A stretch of 64,000 bases of DNA from Hemiscyllium ocellatum (GCF_020745735.1 NC_083435.1:28519231-28583230), one strand, 5' to 3'. Positions 37,880-50,599 are shown, counted from the stretch's first letter. The notes: a model not told the origin generated them from the letters alone. Numbers and translations: made by a program.

Positions 37880-38600
37880 CCAGTCTTAAGTCTACAACAC
37901 CGGGAGCAATAGGAAAAAGGAATGGCCATTCAGCCATTCAGCTCTTGAGAGTCTGCTCCTTCATTCAGCAGGATCATGGACAGACATTCCTCACATCCAC
38001 TTCCCTGTATTTTCCCTAATAGTTTACTGGGCAGGAATCTATCTCCCCCAATCTTAAATGTACACAAGGACTCTGCCTCTCAGCTCTCTGTGACAGGGTA
38101 TTTCAAAAACTTACAACGTTCGGAGAAGAAATTCCTCCTCATTTCAGACTTAAATTGGCATCCTTTTATTCTGAGACTGTACTCTCTGGTCCTAGACTCT
38201 CCTATGAGGGGAAGCATCCTTGCAGCATTTACCCTGCCAAGCCCCTTAAGAATCCTATCTGTTTCAATGTGACCACGTCTGATCCATCTAAACTGCAATG
38301 AATAGAATCCCAACTTGTTTAACTTTTTCTCAGAAGGCAATCCGTCCACATCAGGGATCATCCTCATGCACTTTCTCTGCTTTGCCTTCAATGGAATGTC
38401 ACCTTACTTTAAGTTCGGTGACTAAAACTAATGCAGGTGCGATCTCACCAACACCTTGAACAGTCACAGTAAGAATTCCCTCCTCTTCTTATTCAAACCC
38501 CTTGAAATAAAGGCCAACCGTCTATTAGTTTTCCTGATTCCTTGCTGACCTGTATGCTAGCTTTCTGTATTTTGTGCACAGAGACCACGAAGTCCCTTTA
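37880..38600 (-). mobile_element. CR1 LINE 3' fragment
   Basis: RMIPDVDGLPSEKKLNKLGFYSLQFRWIRRGHIET frame and tail. Confidence 0.85.
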
Positions 38601-39419
38601 TGTTGCCACTTTCATTGAATAGGACTAGATAACCACATTCAACTTCAGTGGTTATGATTAATTAGCAGAAATACCAACAGCAAGAATCATGTCTGTATCT
38701 TTCTAATACCATGAAATGCTTTCACACTTTTCTGTGTAAAGTGATCTGTCCCACAGATCTCTGTTAAATTCTTAAAGGGACTCATGCTCAGCATATTCAC
38801 TCATGTGAGATCGCCAGAGGAAATTTGAGATTTTGACATAATTTAAATTCCATTCATTCATTGTAAATGTAAACTGTCTATGACAGCAAAATTAACTCCT
38901 GCTTGCCATCAAATATATTTGGAGTTGAGATTAAACTGGCAATCTCTAAAGACTGAACAATTTTGATTGCATTTGTTTACTTCTGAAAGGTAGAAGCCAT
39001 TCACGTCCAACAAAGGTATTGATCATTCGATCACTATCAGCTCCATCTCTTGATCTCCTAATGTTTCTGTGATCATTTTGCTTTGTTCATTCACAATTCA
39101 ATTTCAAACTTGCAATATCCTCTTAGGGCTGCTCACTGCACTCTAGCTGTGTACTGTAACTGTAGTCATTCAGTTAAGTAATTCAAGTAGGGACTTTGTG
39201 CCTATGGAGTCCCAGACTAATACAGTCTCTCTCAAATTAAATTGACAATGATAGATATTTTCAGGGAAGCCCTCTGCAAGTTCCCTGTGCTGATGTCAGA
39301 TTCAGCTCGACATGATATTCTATTGAAGGAAACAACTTGATAATTCAGATGCACTGTCCCAAACCAATCCAACCATTAAATCTATTACAGCATGTAAATG
39401 CAGGATGGAAATAGCAGTT

Positions 39420-39800
39420 CAGCATTCCAGGTAACAAGATTTACAAATGAGATATCGGGCTACCTTTGCCTGTCAGACTATTCCAGTCTATAGATAGATT
39501 CAAGTCTCCAATGATTATTCTTGTGCCTCTCTGATAAGCTTTCATTACATCTTCCTTTCCTACTATGTAGTTCATGTTACAGGATATGAACACCATTCTC
39601 ACATGTGCCTTCTTGCCAGTATCAACTCTAAATTCTGCCAAACTGTTTCCACATGTTGGTTTCCTGAACTCAGGCCATTCCATTCTACTATGCTGATGCC
39701 ATCATTAACAAACAAAGTCATCCCTTCACCATTTCCTGGTATCCTATCATTTTGACATGCCCTGTACCCTCCAAGATTCAGTGCCAAATACTTGCCATTC
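39420..39800 (-). mobile_element. CR1 endonuclease-domain fragment
   Basis: LNLGGYRACQNDR...GEGMTLFV and IIIGDLNL. Confidence 0.75.
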
Positions 39801-40040
39801 TGCAGCCACGTCTTGGTACTGGCTTCCAGATTGTCTTATGTATCTATTACTATTACACCAGTTGCATTTCAAACAATGGTTGGTTTCAGATACAGAGCAT
39901 TCAGAGTTATAGAGTTACAGAGATGTACAGAACGAAGCAGACCCTTCGGTCCAACTCGTCCATACCAACCAGACATCCCAAACTAATCTGGTCCTATTTG
40001 CCAGTACTTGGCCCATATCACTCTGAACCCTTCCTACTTA

Positions 40041-40188
40041 CAGCAATTATCCGAGTTATCCGGACAAGATTGCAAGGTCTCAATGCTTGGCTAAACTGTG
40101 TTATCCAGCATTTGAATATGTGAACATTCGATTATCTGAACAAATACTCCCCACCAAAATACTCATTCGGATAATCAAAGTTCCTTAG
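40041..40188. mobile_element. Second copy of the Tigger-like MITE at the same CR1 position
   Basis: Same internal text ggacaagattgcaaggtctcaatgcttggctaaactgtgttatccagca; TA flanks at 40039-40 and 40189-90. Confidence 0.85.
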
Positions 40189-43100
40189 TATATACCCATC
40201 TCGATGCCTTTTAAATGCTGTAATTGTACCAGTTTCCACCACTTCCTCTGGCAGCTCATTCCATACACGTGCCACCCTCTGTGTGAAAAGGTTGCCCTTT
40301 ATGGCCCTTTTTTATCTTTCCCTCTCACCCTAAACCTATGCCCTCTAGTTCTGGACTTCCCCACCCTAGGGAAAAGACCTTGTCTATTTATCATATCCAT
40401 GCCCCTCATGATCTTATAACATTAAAACGGTTACCCCTCAGCCTCCGATGCTCCAGGGAAAACAGCCCCAGCCTATTCAACCTCTCCCTATAGCTCAAAA
40501 ACTCCAACGCTAGCAACATCTCTGTAAATCCTTTCTGAACCCTTTCAAGTTTCACAACATCCTTTTGATAGGAAGAAGACCAGAACTGCACACAGTATTC
40601 CAAAAGTGGCCTAACCTGCAAATGTCCTGCAAAGGCGCAACATGACCTCCAAACTCCTGTACTCAATACTCTGACCAATAAAGGAAAGCATACCAAATGC
40701 CTTCTCACTATCCTATCTACCTGTGGCTTTCAAGGAAACATGAAATTTTGCTCCAAGGTCTCTTTGTTCAGCAACTTTCCCCACGACCTTATCATTAAGT
40801 GTCTAAGTCCTGCTCTGCTTTTCCAAAATGCAGCACCTCACATTTATCTAAATAAAATTCTATTTACTGCTCCACAGTCCATAGGACAACCTGATCAAAT
40901 CCTACTGTACTCTGAGGTAACCTTCTTCACTGTTCACTGCAACTCCAATTTGATGTCATCTTCAAATGCACTATCTGTACCTCCAATGCTCACAACCAAA
41001 TCATTTATAGAAGTGATGAAACGCAGTGGACCCAGCACCAATTCTTGGGGTACTCCACTGGTCACAGGCCTCTAGACTGAAAAGCAACCCTTCACCACCA
41101 CTGTCTGTCTTCTACCTTTGAGCCAAATGGCTATTTCTCCATGTATTCCATGAGCTCTAAACTTGCTAACTAGTCTCCTATGAGGAACCTTGTTAAACGC
41201 CTTACTGGAGTCCATATAGATCATATCTACCGCTCTGCCTTCATCAATTCTATTTGTTACTTCTTCATAATTCTCAATCAAGTTCATGAAATATGATCTC
41301 CCATTCCCACGTTGACTATTGCTAATCAGTCCCTGCCTTCTAAATATGTGTATATCCTGACCCTCAGGATTCCCTCCAACAACATGCCCATCACCAATGT
41401 CAAGCTGACCGGACAATAGTTCCCTGGTTTTTCCTTACCACTTTTCTTAAATAGTAGCACTGCATTAGCCAGCGTCCAGTCTTCCGGCACCTCAGCTGTG
41501 ACTATTGATGATATAAATATCTCAGCAAGGAGCCCAGAAATCATTTCCCTGACTTCTCACAGAGTTCTTGGGTACACCTGATCAGGTCCTAGGGATTTAT
41601 CCACTTTTATGCGTTTCAAGACATCCCAGCACCTCCTCCTCTATAATATGGACATTTTCAAGATGTCACCATCTTTTTCCACACAATCTGTATCTTCCAT
41701 GTCCTTCTGCACAGTAAACACTGATAAAAGATACTCATTTATTATCTTCACCATCTCCTGTGGCTCCACACAAAGGCTGCCTTGCTGATCTTTGAGGGGC
41801 CCTATTTTCTCCCTAGTTACCCTTTTGCCATTAATGTATTTGTAAAATCCCTTCAGATTTTCCTTCACCAATTTTCAAAAGTTATTTCATGTCTACTTTT
41901 TGCCCTCCTGATTTCCCTCCTAAGTATACTCTTACAGCTTTTATACTCTTCTAAGGATTCACTTGATCTATCCAGTCTATACCTGGCATATACTTCCTAC
42001 TTTTTCTTAATCAAAACCTCAATTTCTCTCATTATCCAAAATCCCCTACACCTACCAGCCTTTCCTTTCACCCTAATGGGAATATACTGTCTCTGGACTA
42101 ATGGTATCTCATTTCTGCCTGCCTTATTTCCCAAGAGTAGGTCAAGTTTTGCAACTTCTCTAGTAGGTACATCCACATACTGGATCAGAAAATCTTTTGT
42201 ACACACTTAACAAACACTTAACATGATGACAGTCCAAGTCTATTTTTAGAAAGTTAAAATCCCCTACCATAACCACCCTATTATTCTTACACATAACTGA
42301 AATCTCTTTACAAATTTGTTTCTCAATTTCTCACTGACTGTTAAGGTGTCTACAATACATTCCCAATAAGGTGATCATACCTTTCTTATTTCTCAGTTCC
42401 AATCAAATAACTTCCATTGATGTATTTTCAGGAATATCCTTTGCAAGTACAGCAGTAATGCTATCATTTATCAAAAATGCCACTGACCATCCTCTCTTGA
42501 CCCTTTTCTATCCTTCCTATGGCATTTGTATGCTGGAACATTAAGCTGCCTGTCCTGTCCATCTTGAGCAGGTTTCTGAATTGCTATAATATCCTAACAT
42601 GACCAAAAGTTCATCTGCCTTCCTTGTTAGACCTCTTGCATTGAAGTAAGTGCAGTTTAATTTATCAGTCCAACATTGCTCTCTGCTTTGCTCCTGCCTG
42701 TCCTGACTATTTGACTCGATCAGTTTCCCAACTGTACCAGTCTCAGAGTGACCCCTTTCCTCACTGTTTCCCTCGGTCCCATCCCAACAACTATCCAGCC
42801 TCCCACACCCCCCGCCCTCCAAACTTACTAGTTTAAACCCTCCTGAGCAGCTCGAGCAAATCTCACTACCAATATTAGTCCCCTTCCAATTTGGGTGCAA
42901 TCTGTCCTTCTTGTACAAGTCATTTCTACTCCAGAAGAAATGCTAATGATCCAAAAATGTGAACCCTTCTACCCTGCACAAGCTCCTCAGCCTTGCATTC
43001 ATCTGCTCTATCATCCTATTCCTATCCTCAGTAGCTCATAGCACCAGCAGTAATGCAGATATTACTACCCTTGAGGACCACCCTTTTAAATTCCTGCCTA

Positions 43101-43313
43101 ACTTCTATATTCTCCCTTCAGAATCTCATCCTTTTCCCTTCCTATATAATTAGTTCCAATGTGTCCAATGACCTCCTGCTGGTCCCTCTCCCCTTTTGAG
43201 AACACTCTGCTCCTTCTCTGACAAATCCTAAATCCCAGCAGCAGTGAAGCAGCATACCATTCTGATATTTTGCAGCTGGTCGCAGAAACGCCTGTCTGTG
43301 CCTCTGATTAGAA

Positions 43314-43509
43314 TGTGTTGCTGGAAAAGCGCAGCAGGTCAGGCAGCATCCAAGGAACAGGAAATTCGACGTTTCGGGCATAAGCCCTTCATCAGGCTTA
43401 TGCCCGAAACGTTGAATTTCCTGTTCCTTGGATGTTGCCTGACCTGCTGCGCTTTTCCAGCAACACATTTTCAGCTCTGATCTCCAGCATCTGCAGACCT
43501 CACTTTCTC
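43314..43509. mobile_element. PLE terminal-repeat fold-back (196 bp) in the GPCR intron
   Basis: 75-bp arms 43312-43386 / 43395-43469 with 2 mismatches, loop cttcatca; 18-bp TSD ctgtgcctctgattagaa at 43296-43313 and 43510-43527. Confidence 0.93.
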
Positions 43510-43957
43510 CTGTGCCTCTGATTAGAAAATTCCCCAACACAATTGAGTGTTTGGAACCCAATATACCCCTCATTACATTACAATCAGTCTCAATATCAGA
43601 AAGCTGGCTGTTAGTGCTACATTCCCCTGACAGTCCATCACCTGCTACATTTTCCAAAACAACATACTTGTTTGAAATGGGGATAGCCATAGAAGACTGC
43701 TGCACTAACTGACTACCCTTACTAGCTTTCCTGGAGTTTAATTTTTTCATTTAGTTTTATCAATTTACACTTCTTGTAAACATTGGTTGAGTTTTCAATT
43801 TATACTGTCTACCTGTTCTTGCTGATAATTTTTCTTTGGCCAAGTGTCTATTCTTGAACTTGGCAAAACTTCCGAAATGTAGTACATTACCGGAATTATT
43901 TAGTTTAACATTGTCTCTACTTCCCCAGTTATGCAATTAGTTGTATTACCAGCCCCA

Positions 43958-44134
43958 TAGAGATTATAAGGTCTGCAGATGCTGAAAAGTCAGAGTCGAT
44001 AAAATGGGGTGCTGTAAGATGCATAGCAGGTCAAACAGCATCAGAAGGGCAAGAGTCGATGTTTTATGCAGGACCTTCATCAGGAATAAAATGTCCTGCC
44101 CAAAATGTTAACTCTTCTGCTCTTCTGATGCCAA
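43958..44134. mobile_element. Older PLE terminal fold-back
   Basis: gcatcagaagggcaagagtcgatgtttt..gcaggac with inverted gtcctgcccaaaatgttaactcttctgctcttctgatgc; possible TSD taccagcc(c/t)ca. Confidence 0.6.
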
Positions 44135-44651
44135 TACCAGCCTCAGCATGATTCAAATGGAGACTAACTCATTTTGCACATCCCATGCATGTTCTCCGTC
44201 TCTCAGTATTAAAGTGTTATCCATGAACTCCTCCCTGCTGCTAATGTAACACAGCATCTGCTCAGCTACCGAAACATTCTAAGGAACAACTGAATTATTT
44301 TATTCAATTACGTCTTTATCATTGCTAGTTTTCTATATAACTATACTTACTACAAATAATTCACCAGCTAACTAACTGCCTTCTTTTTGACTTTTAAATC
44401 CATTGTGAAAAGAAATTCACAAAACCACTGAGATCTGATGGTACTCAGAGAGAGAGGGGCCAATTTCCTATTGTGCCTGCACTGGCTCTTCAAATGATCA
44501 TCAGTGCCTTAACCATTAATTACATTCTTATAAGACAGAGGCAATTCCATGGAATGTAGAGATTATCACCTGAAGGAATGATTTAAAAATAGAGCCAAGT
44601 TGTTGCACTCTGGATAGCAAGCAGCATGTCAGCTCAACTATACAGTGACAG

Positions 44652-44890
44652 ATACTATCAGTGATATCTGCCCTGGGGTTCAGTTGGTTGGATGGTTGGT
44701 TTGTGAAGCAGTGTAATGTCAACAGCATGGGTTCAATCCTGCAAATGGCTGAGGTTAACATGAAGGACTCACATTCTCAAACTCTCCCCTCGCCTGAGGT
44801 GTGGTGGCCCTCAGGTTAAATCACCACCAATCATCTCTCTCCATTGACAGAGCAGCCGTATGGTCTGTTAAGACTGTGGCAACTTGATAC
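44652..44890 (+). mobile_element. Third tRNA-derived SINE family (unnamed)
   Basis: gttcagttggttgg A-box-like and gggttcaatcc B-box, body cctgaggtgtggtggccctcaggttaaatcaccacc. Confidence 0.55.
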
Positions 44891-45409
44891 CTAGCCTCCA
44901 AACATTGCCTTAGGTCACCAGATGTTGGAGTAGATGGCCATTTAGCCCATCAAGTTTGCTCAGCCATTCAATGAGATCACAGCTGAGCTGATAATCCTCA
45001 AATCCATGTTCCTGTTTCATCCCCCATAACCCTTGATTTCCTTAATAGTTAGAAATCTGTTGGTCTTAGCCACAAATGTCCTTAACAACACAATGTCGAC
45101 AGCGTACATATTGATGTACGTGATGTACATGAAGAACTCAAATGGGTGACCTCTAATTTTGAGATCATGCCCTCTGACCCTAGACTCTCCCACAAGCAGA
45201 AACATTTCCACATTCACTCTGTCAAGCCACTGACAAATCTTACATGATTGAATTCTAATGTCTGGTTCAGTTCCATACAGCAACTACACAATTCAGAGAA
45301 ATGTGAGTCACAAAAGTTTAGGGAGTACAATAAAGGCACAGAGGTAATTCAGGACATTTAACTGAACAGAGAGATGTCACTGTCCCAATTTTTTGCTAGA
45401 TCAACATTT

Positions 45410-45820
45410 GACATTAATGGTCAGGTCGAGGCTGAGGGGAGACTTGATAGAAATCTATAAAAGTATGAGATGCACAGAGAGAGTCGATTGTTAGAATCTC
45501 TTTCTCAGAGTTGAAATGTCTAAAAACTAGCGTGCATGCATTTAAGGTGAGAGGGGAAAAGTTCAAAAGAGATGTGAGGGGCAAGTTTTTTACACACAGA
45601 GTGGTAGGAGTCTGAAATGTGCCGCCAGGGGTGGTGATGGAGGCAGACATGATTGGGGCATTTAAGGAACTTTTAGATCAGCACATGAATACACACGGAA
45701 TAGAGGGATGTGGACTAAGGGCAGGCAGAACGGATTAGTTTAATTTGACATCATGTTTGACATAGCATTGTTGGCAGAAGAGTCTGTTTCTGTGCTATTT
45801 TGTTCTATGTTCTAACAGCC
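45410..45820 (+). mobile_element. CR1 LINE 3' end
   Basis: aggctgaggggagacttgatagaaatctataaa...ttttacacacagagtggtagg and tail. Confidence 0.85.
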
Positions 45821-45887
45821 ATAACATAAAACAAGGGACTTCGTCACACACAGCAAATGCACAACTTCACTGGTCAGAGTTTCTTAC

Positions 45888-45951
45888 CAGGAACACCGAT
45901 GACAGCAAGAATTGTATAGTATATATTCTTGATACGGTGAAATGTCTCCAT
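45888..45951 (-). CDS. Exon 1 of the GPR139-like GPCR (METFHRIKNIYYTILAVIGVP)
   Basis: 64 nt = 21 codons + 1, donor G|gtaag at 45887; splices in phase to exon 2 giving ...YYTILAVIGVPVNIVAIVILS, a complete TM1. Confidence 0.85.
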
Positions 45952-46439
45952 ACTTGTCCTCCTGAAAAGTGAGCTGTCCCTTTGTGCATCAAGCAGTCAC
46001 TCTGTATTAAACTCTAAGATGAGACATTTGCAGAACCTTTATTGTTTACCCAGTGGGATCATCAGGAGAGGTTGCAACATTGTTTAAATTAGATTCTATA
46101 GTTTAAAATAACACAAGTAAACAATTTATGACAGCTAAATTAGGTCATTCATGTCACTGGATATATTCAGTGTTGAGACTAAATTAAGAAACTCTAAAGA
46201 TTTTATGATTTTTCTTTATACTGATTAAAACTGCAAACTATTTTTGTCCAGCAAATATGTTGATCATTTGAACACTCAGTCTTTAAATCTCCTATTATTT
46301 CAGTTATTATTTTGCTCTGTTCTATTCCCCATTTTGTTTTGTCCTATCTGGGCCGACCATCGCATTGTGACTGCCCCTTTATTGGTGACCATTCAATGAA
46401 CCTAATCAAGTGGAGAAGGTTGTCTGTGGATTGTCAAAC

Positions 46440-47850
46440 TTACAGACTTGTACAACACAGAAAAGGACCCTTCGGTCCAACTACTCCAAGCTGACCAGAT
46501 ATTCTCAGTTAACCTCGTCCCATTTGACAGCAACTGGTCTTTATCTCTCTTAATTCTTTCTATTCATGTAACCATTCAGAGGCCTTTCAAATGCTGTTAT
46601 TGTCCCAGCCTCCACCATTTCTTCTGACATCTCAATCCATACATGCACCACTTACTGCATGAAAAGATTGCCCCTCAGGTCTCTTTTAAACTTTCCCATT
46701 CCCCCTTCAACCTATGCCATCTTGTTTGGATTTCCCTACCCTAGGAAAAAAAAGGCCTTGAATATCCAAAGCCCCAGTCTGTTCAGATTTCCCCTATACC
46801 TCAAACTCTCCAACCCCAGCAACGTCCTTGTAAATCTTTTCTGCACCCTTTCAAGTTTAACAAGACCTACAGCAGAGACCAAAACTGAATAAAATATTCT
46901 AAAAGTGGCCAACTAATGTCCTGTATAGCCACACTCCTATACTCAATGCACTGAGCAATAAAGGCAAGTGTACCAAACATTATCTTCACAACTTTGTCTA
47001 CTTGTGACTTCATATATTCATAAAAGCCTTACAATGCGGAAACAGGCCCTTTGGCCCAACAAGTCCACATTGACTCTCTGAAGAATATCCCACCCAAACT
47101 CATTCCCCATTACTTTACATTTACCCCTGACTAATGCATCTAACCTACACATCCCTGAAAACTATGGACAATTTAGCATGGCCAATTCACCTAAACTGCA
47201 CAACTTTTGGATTGCTGGAGAAAACGGAGCACCCGGAGGAAACCCACACAGACATGGGGAGAATGTGCAAACTCCGCGCAGACAGTCAACCATGGCTGGA
47301 ATCAAACCCAGGTCCCTGACGCTGTGAGGCATTGTGCTAACCAATGAGCCAAGGTGTCACTCCAATTTCACCTTCAAGGAAATACAAACCTGCACCTCAA
47401 GATCTATTTGCTCAGCAACACTTCCCTGAACACCACCATTAAGTGTAGAAGTCCTGTCCTGATTTGCTTTACCCAAATGCAGGACCTCATATTTATGTAA
47501 ACTTAACTCCATCTGCTACTGCACGGCTGTTCGGCCCATCTGATCAAGGTCCCATTGGCCTTTGAGATAACCTTCTTCACTGTCTACTACACCATCAATT
47601 TTGGCATCATCTGTAAACTTACTAACTACTCTTCCTGCATTCATATCCAAATCATTTATATAAATTACAAAAAGCAGTGGGCCCCCCCCAATCCTTTTGG
47701 CACCAATAAGCCTCCAATCTGAAAAAAAACAACCTCCACCTGCCTTCTACTATCAAGCCAATTTTGTATCCAAATGTTTGGCTCTCCCTGAATTTCATCT
47801 GATTTAACCTTGTTCGCCAGCTTACTATGAGGAACCTTGTGCTGGGTTCC
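46440..47850 (-). mobile_element. CR1 LINE 3' portion interrupted by an HE1 SINE (about 47025-47355, minus)
   Basis: CR1 tail at 46440, gatgatgccaaaatt (DDAK) on minus; SINE head and V-domain inside. Confidence 0.85.
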
Positions 47851-48659
47851 ATTGATGAGAGGTGGAACCAGATCACTGCGCATTGGGTAAAACTGCAGGA
47901 TGGAGGGCTGGTGAGGAAAATGGCAACCTGCACCCACCAGGCAAGAATTCTGACTTTCAGGTGTCTAATCTGTTTCTAGGGTGTGGGAGAAGAGGAAACA
48001 ACATCTAACTGAGAAGAGAAGAGGTTACACTGAGATGCAAGTGGATACAAATAATCTGCTCATGAGTGAAGTTCTCATCTTTGGAAAAAACATTTTGCAT
48101 AAAACTTTCTTGATTATGAGAATCTACTTTACTGCTAACTCACCATTTTTCCCAATGGATTCATCCATACCCAGGGCTAGGAAAATTCAATCCACTGTCT
48201 GAAATGTAAGATGTGAGGTGTTTCAAACTGCAGTATCTTTCAGACGTGTCCCTTTATTAACTCTTCTTGGGGATTGTTCTAAAATCCGTCAAGGAACAAC
48301 AGAGATATCAGTGCGGTTGTTCTTTGAGAAATCTCACACCAGGTTTCCCCGTGGCTCCCTGGAACAAGCCAACACTATAAAACTTTAATGGCCACTGGGA
48401 GAGAATGGCCCACTTCCTCACATTGCAAGTCTGTCTCTCATAATTGGCATCATTCAGCAAGTGTCCTAAGACAGACTCAGCCTGCAACAACACTGAAATG
48501 GTCTCCAGGGCAATAAACTTTGTCACTGATGTATCCCAAAGGGTACTTCAGCATTGATCTCTTCACGTGATGAAGGCTGTTTAGTTTCCACTATGGTTCA
48601 CTGCTAGTCCATCACTCATTCTTCTCCATCTCCGCTAGCTTTTGTCACATGCAGCAACA

Positions 48660-49590
48660 GCAACGAAATTAACCTTGGGATGCACCAAGGACCAGAGGGA
48701 CCTTAACATGCTTGTCTATTGGTCCCTTAAGTTAACAGAACAGTTAGATAAAATGACTAAGAATATAATTGAGATACTTGCCTTTATTAGCCTTGACATA
48801 GAGTTTCAGAGCGGGGAGGTGTGACTGTATAAAAAGTTGATTTGGCCATGGTTGGAGAATTGTGTGCAATTCTGGAATCCACACCACAGAAGAGATGTGA
48901 TTATTCTGGAGAGAATGCAGAGGAATTTTATCAGGATGTTGTCTGGCTTGGAGAGTTTCTGATAAGAAGTGAGATTGGACAGACTGGTGCTGTTTTCCAT
49001 TGAGCATAGTTTCTGCATGGGTTTCCTTCAGGTACTTTGGTTTCCTCCCACAGTCCAAAACTGTGCAGGTTAGGTGAATTGTTCATGCTAAATTGTCCGT
49101 AGTGTTAGGTGAAGGGGTAAATGTGGGGGAATGGGTCTGGGTGGGTTGCTCTTCAGAGGGTCGGTGTGGATTTGCTGGGCCGAAGGGCCTGTTTCCACAC
49201 TGTAAGCAATCTAATCTAATCAAGCAGTGGAGACTGAGTGCACAAATGATTGAGATGTATAAAATTACAAACGGCGTAGATAGGGTAGACAGGAAGAAAC
49301 CTTTCCCCTTAGTGGATTGGGGGAGCATAGACTGAAGCAGCAGGAAGTTTAGAGGGGTGTGAAGAGGCATTTTGCACCCAGAGGGTGATGGGAATCTGGA
49401 ACTCACTGCCTGGAAAGGTGTTTGAGTCAGAAACCCTCATAAAACTGAAGTAGTATTTAGACATGCACTTGCAATGGTATGGCATACACAGCTATAGGCC
49501 AAGTGTTGGAAAATGGGATTAGCTAGGTGGTTGTTTTTGACTAGCACAGACTCAATGGGCGAAAGGGCCTTTTTCTGTGTGGCAGAGCTC
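48660..49590 (+). mobile_element. CR1 LINE 3' fragment interrupted by a 5'-truncated HE1 SINE (about 48995-49220)
   Basis: agtttgatttggccatggttggagaattgtgtgcaattctgg; SINE tail ctgtttccacactgtaagcaatctaatctaatc. Confidence 0.8.
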
Positions 49591-49854
49591 ATCACTCTAT
49601 AACCACTGGGTTTGGTGTGGATGAGTCTCTCAGTCACGATGGCAATGAATCTGTATGGGGAACATTATGGACAGAGATGTTCTTGCCTTGAAAACAATTA
49701 GCAGTGACATCATAACAATGACAGTTTAACATGCTGCTCTATAGGGTGAGATGTGTTGCATTGCAACAAGAATAGCCATTGAATGTCTCACACTTTAACT
49801 CGAAGAGTTCTCCTTTAGTCAGGCTGCATTAGATAGTCAAAGATTGTAAGATTT

Positions 49855-50325
49855 TGTATTTCATAGATATACTTTACTCACAGAAATATATATACATACA
49901 GTCACTGATGCACTTCTGTTCTGTACTGTAGCATATGAAGAAAACAAACATTTGAGCTGACTCTAAGCAACAAACAATCCAAGGGCATTTCTGACCTAAG
50001 ACAATATTCACATATATTCGAGGCACAGGAAGGGCCCAGTACTTGAACAGATCTCCATTTAACTTCGGCTGAAAGATCCCAAACAGTGGTCTTTCCCCAC
50101 TGCACCTCGGCAGCAGCTCCCCAAGCTTCAGTGCATCCCTCAGCATGTAGTCCTGGACCTTAGGATGTGCCAGTCTGCAACACTCGGTCAGGGTTAACTG
50201 CTTGTTCTGGGAGACCAATAGGTTTTGGGCAGACCAAAGAGGCGTCTTTCACTGAGTTGATGAACCCGTGCATCCTGCGGAAATGATGTGGAGTACAGAG
50301 TCCCACATCACAAAGCTCCTCAGGA
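49855..50325 (-). mobile_element. Tx1/L1-clade LINE 3' fragment
   Basis: INSVKDA..., LTLTECCRLAHPKVQDYMLRDALKLG, QWGKTTV: Tx1-like ORF2 C-terminus, followed by an AT-rich 3' UTR. Confidence 0.7.
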
Positions 50326-50599
50326 TGAACCTCTACAAAAAATCCCACCACATCTCTCTCTCTGCACTTTCTTTACAAAGGCATATTCCAAAAGGAGATT
50401 AGTGACAGTCTCTACATTCCTGCAAACGCTTCGAGAGCTGTGTGTAGTGTTTGAGTGCTGCATAAGCATTGGATTAATTTTCACTTTTCCACATTGTCAG
50501 GACAGGTATCATTCCACGTAAGAGTGCCGTGCATTAAACTTCCAGGTCAGGCAGACATAGAAGCAGCCCTGTGCTAGGTGCACCATAGCAGGCTTTGCT

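Larger units (their letters stand above)
39901..43745 (-). mobile_element. Near full-length decayed CR1 LINE (ORF1 SGNH-esterase remnant, APE endonuclease, RT)
   Basis: IPISNKYVVL, IVLGNFLIRG, KDRLHPNWKGTN (ORF1); YFNARGLTRKADEL (EN); IYMDSSKAFNKVPHRRL (RT); many stops and frameshifts. Confidence 0.9.
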
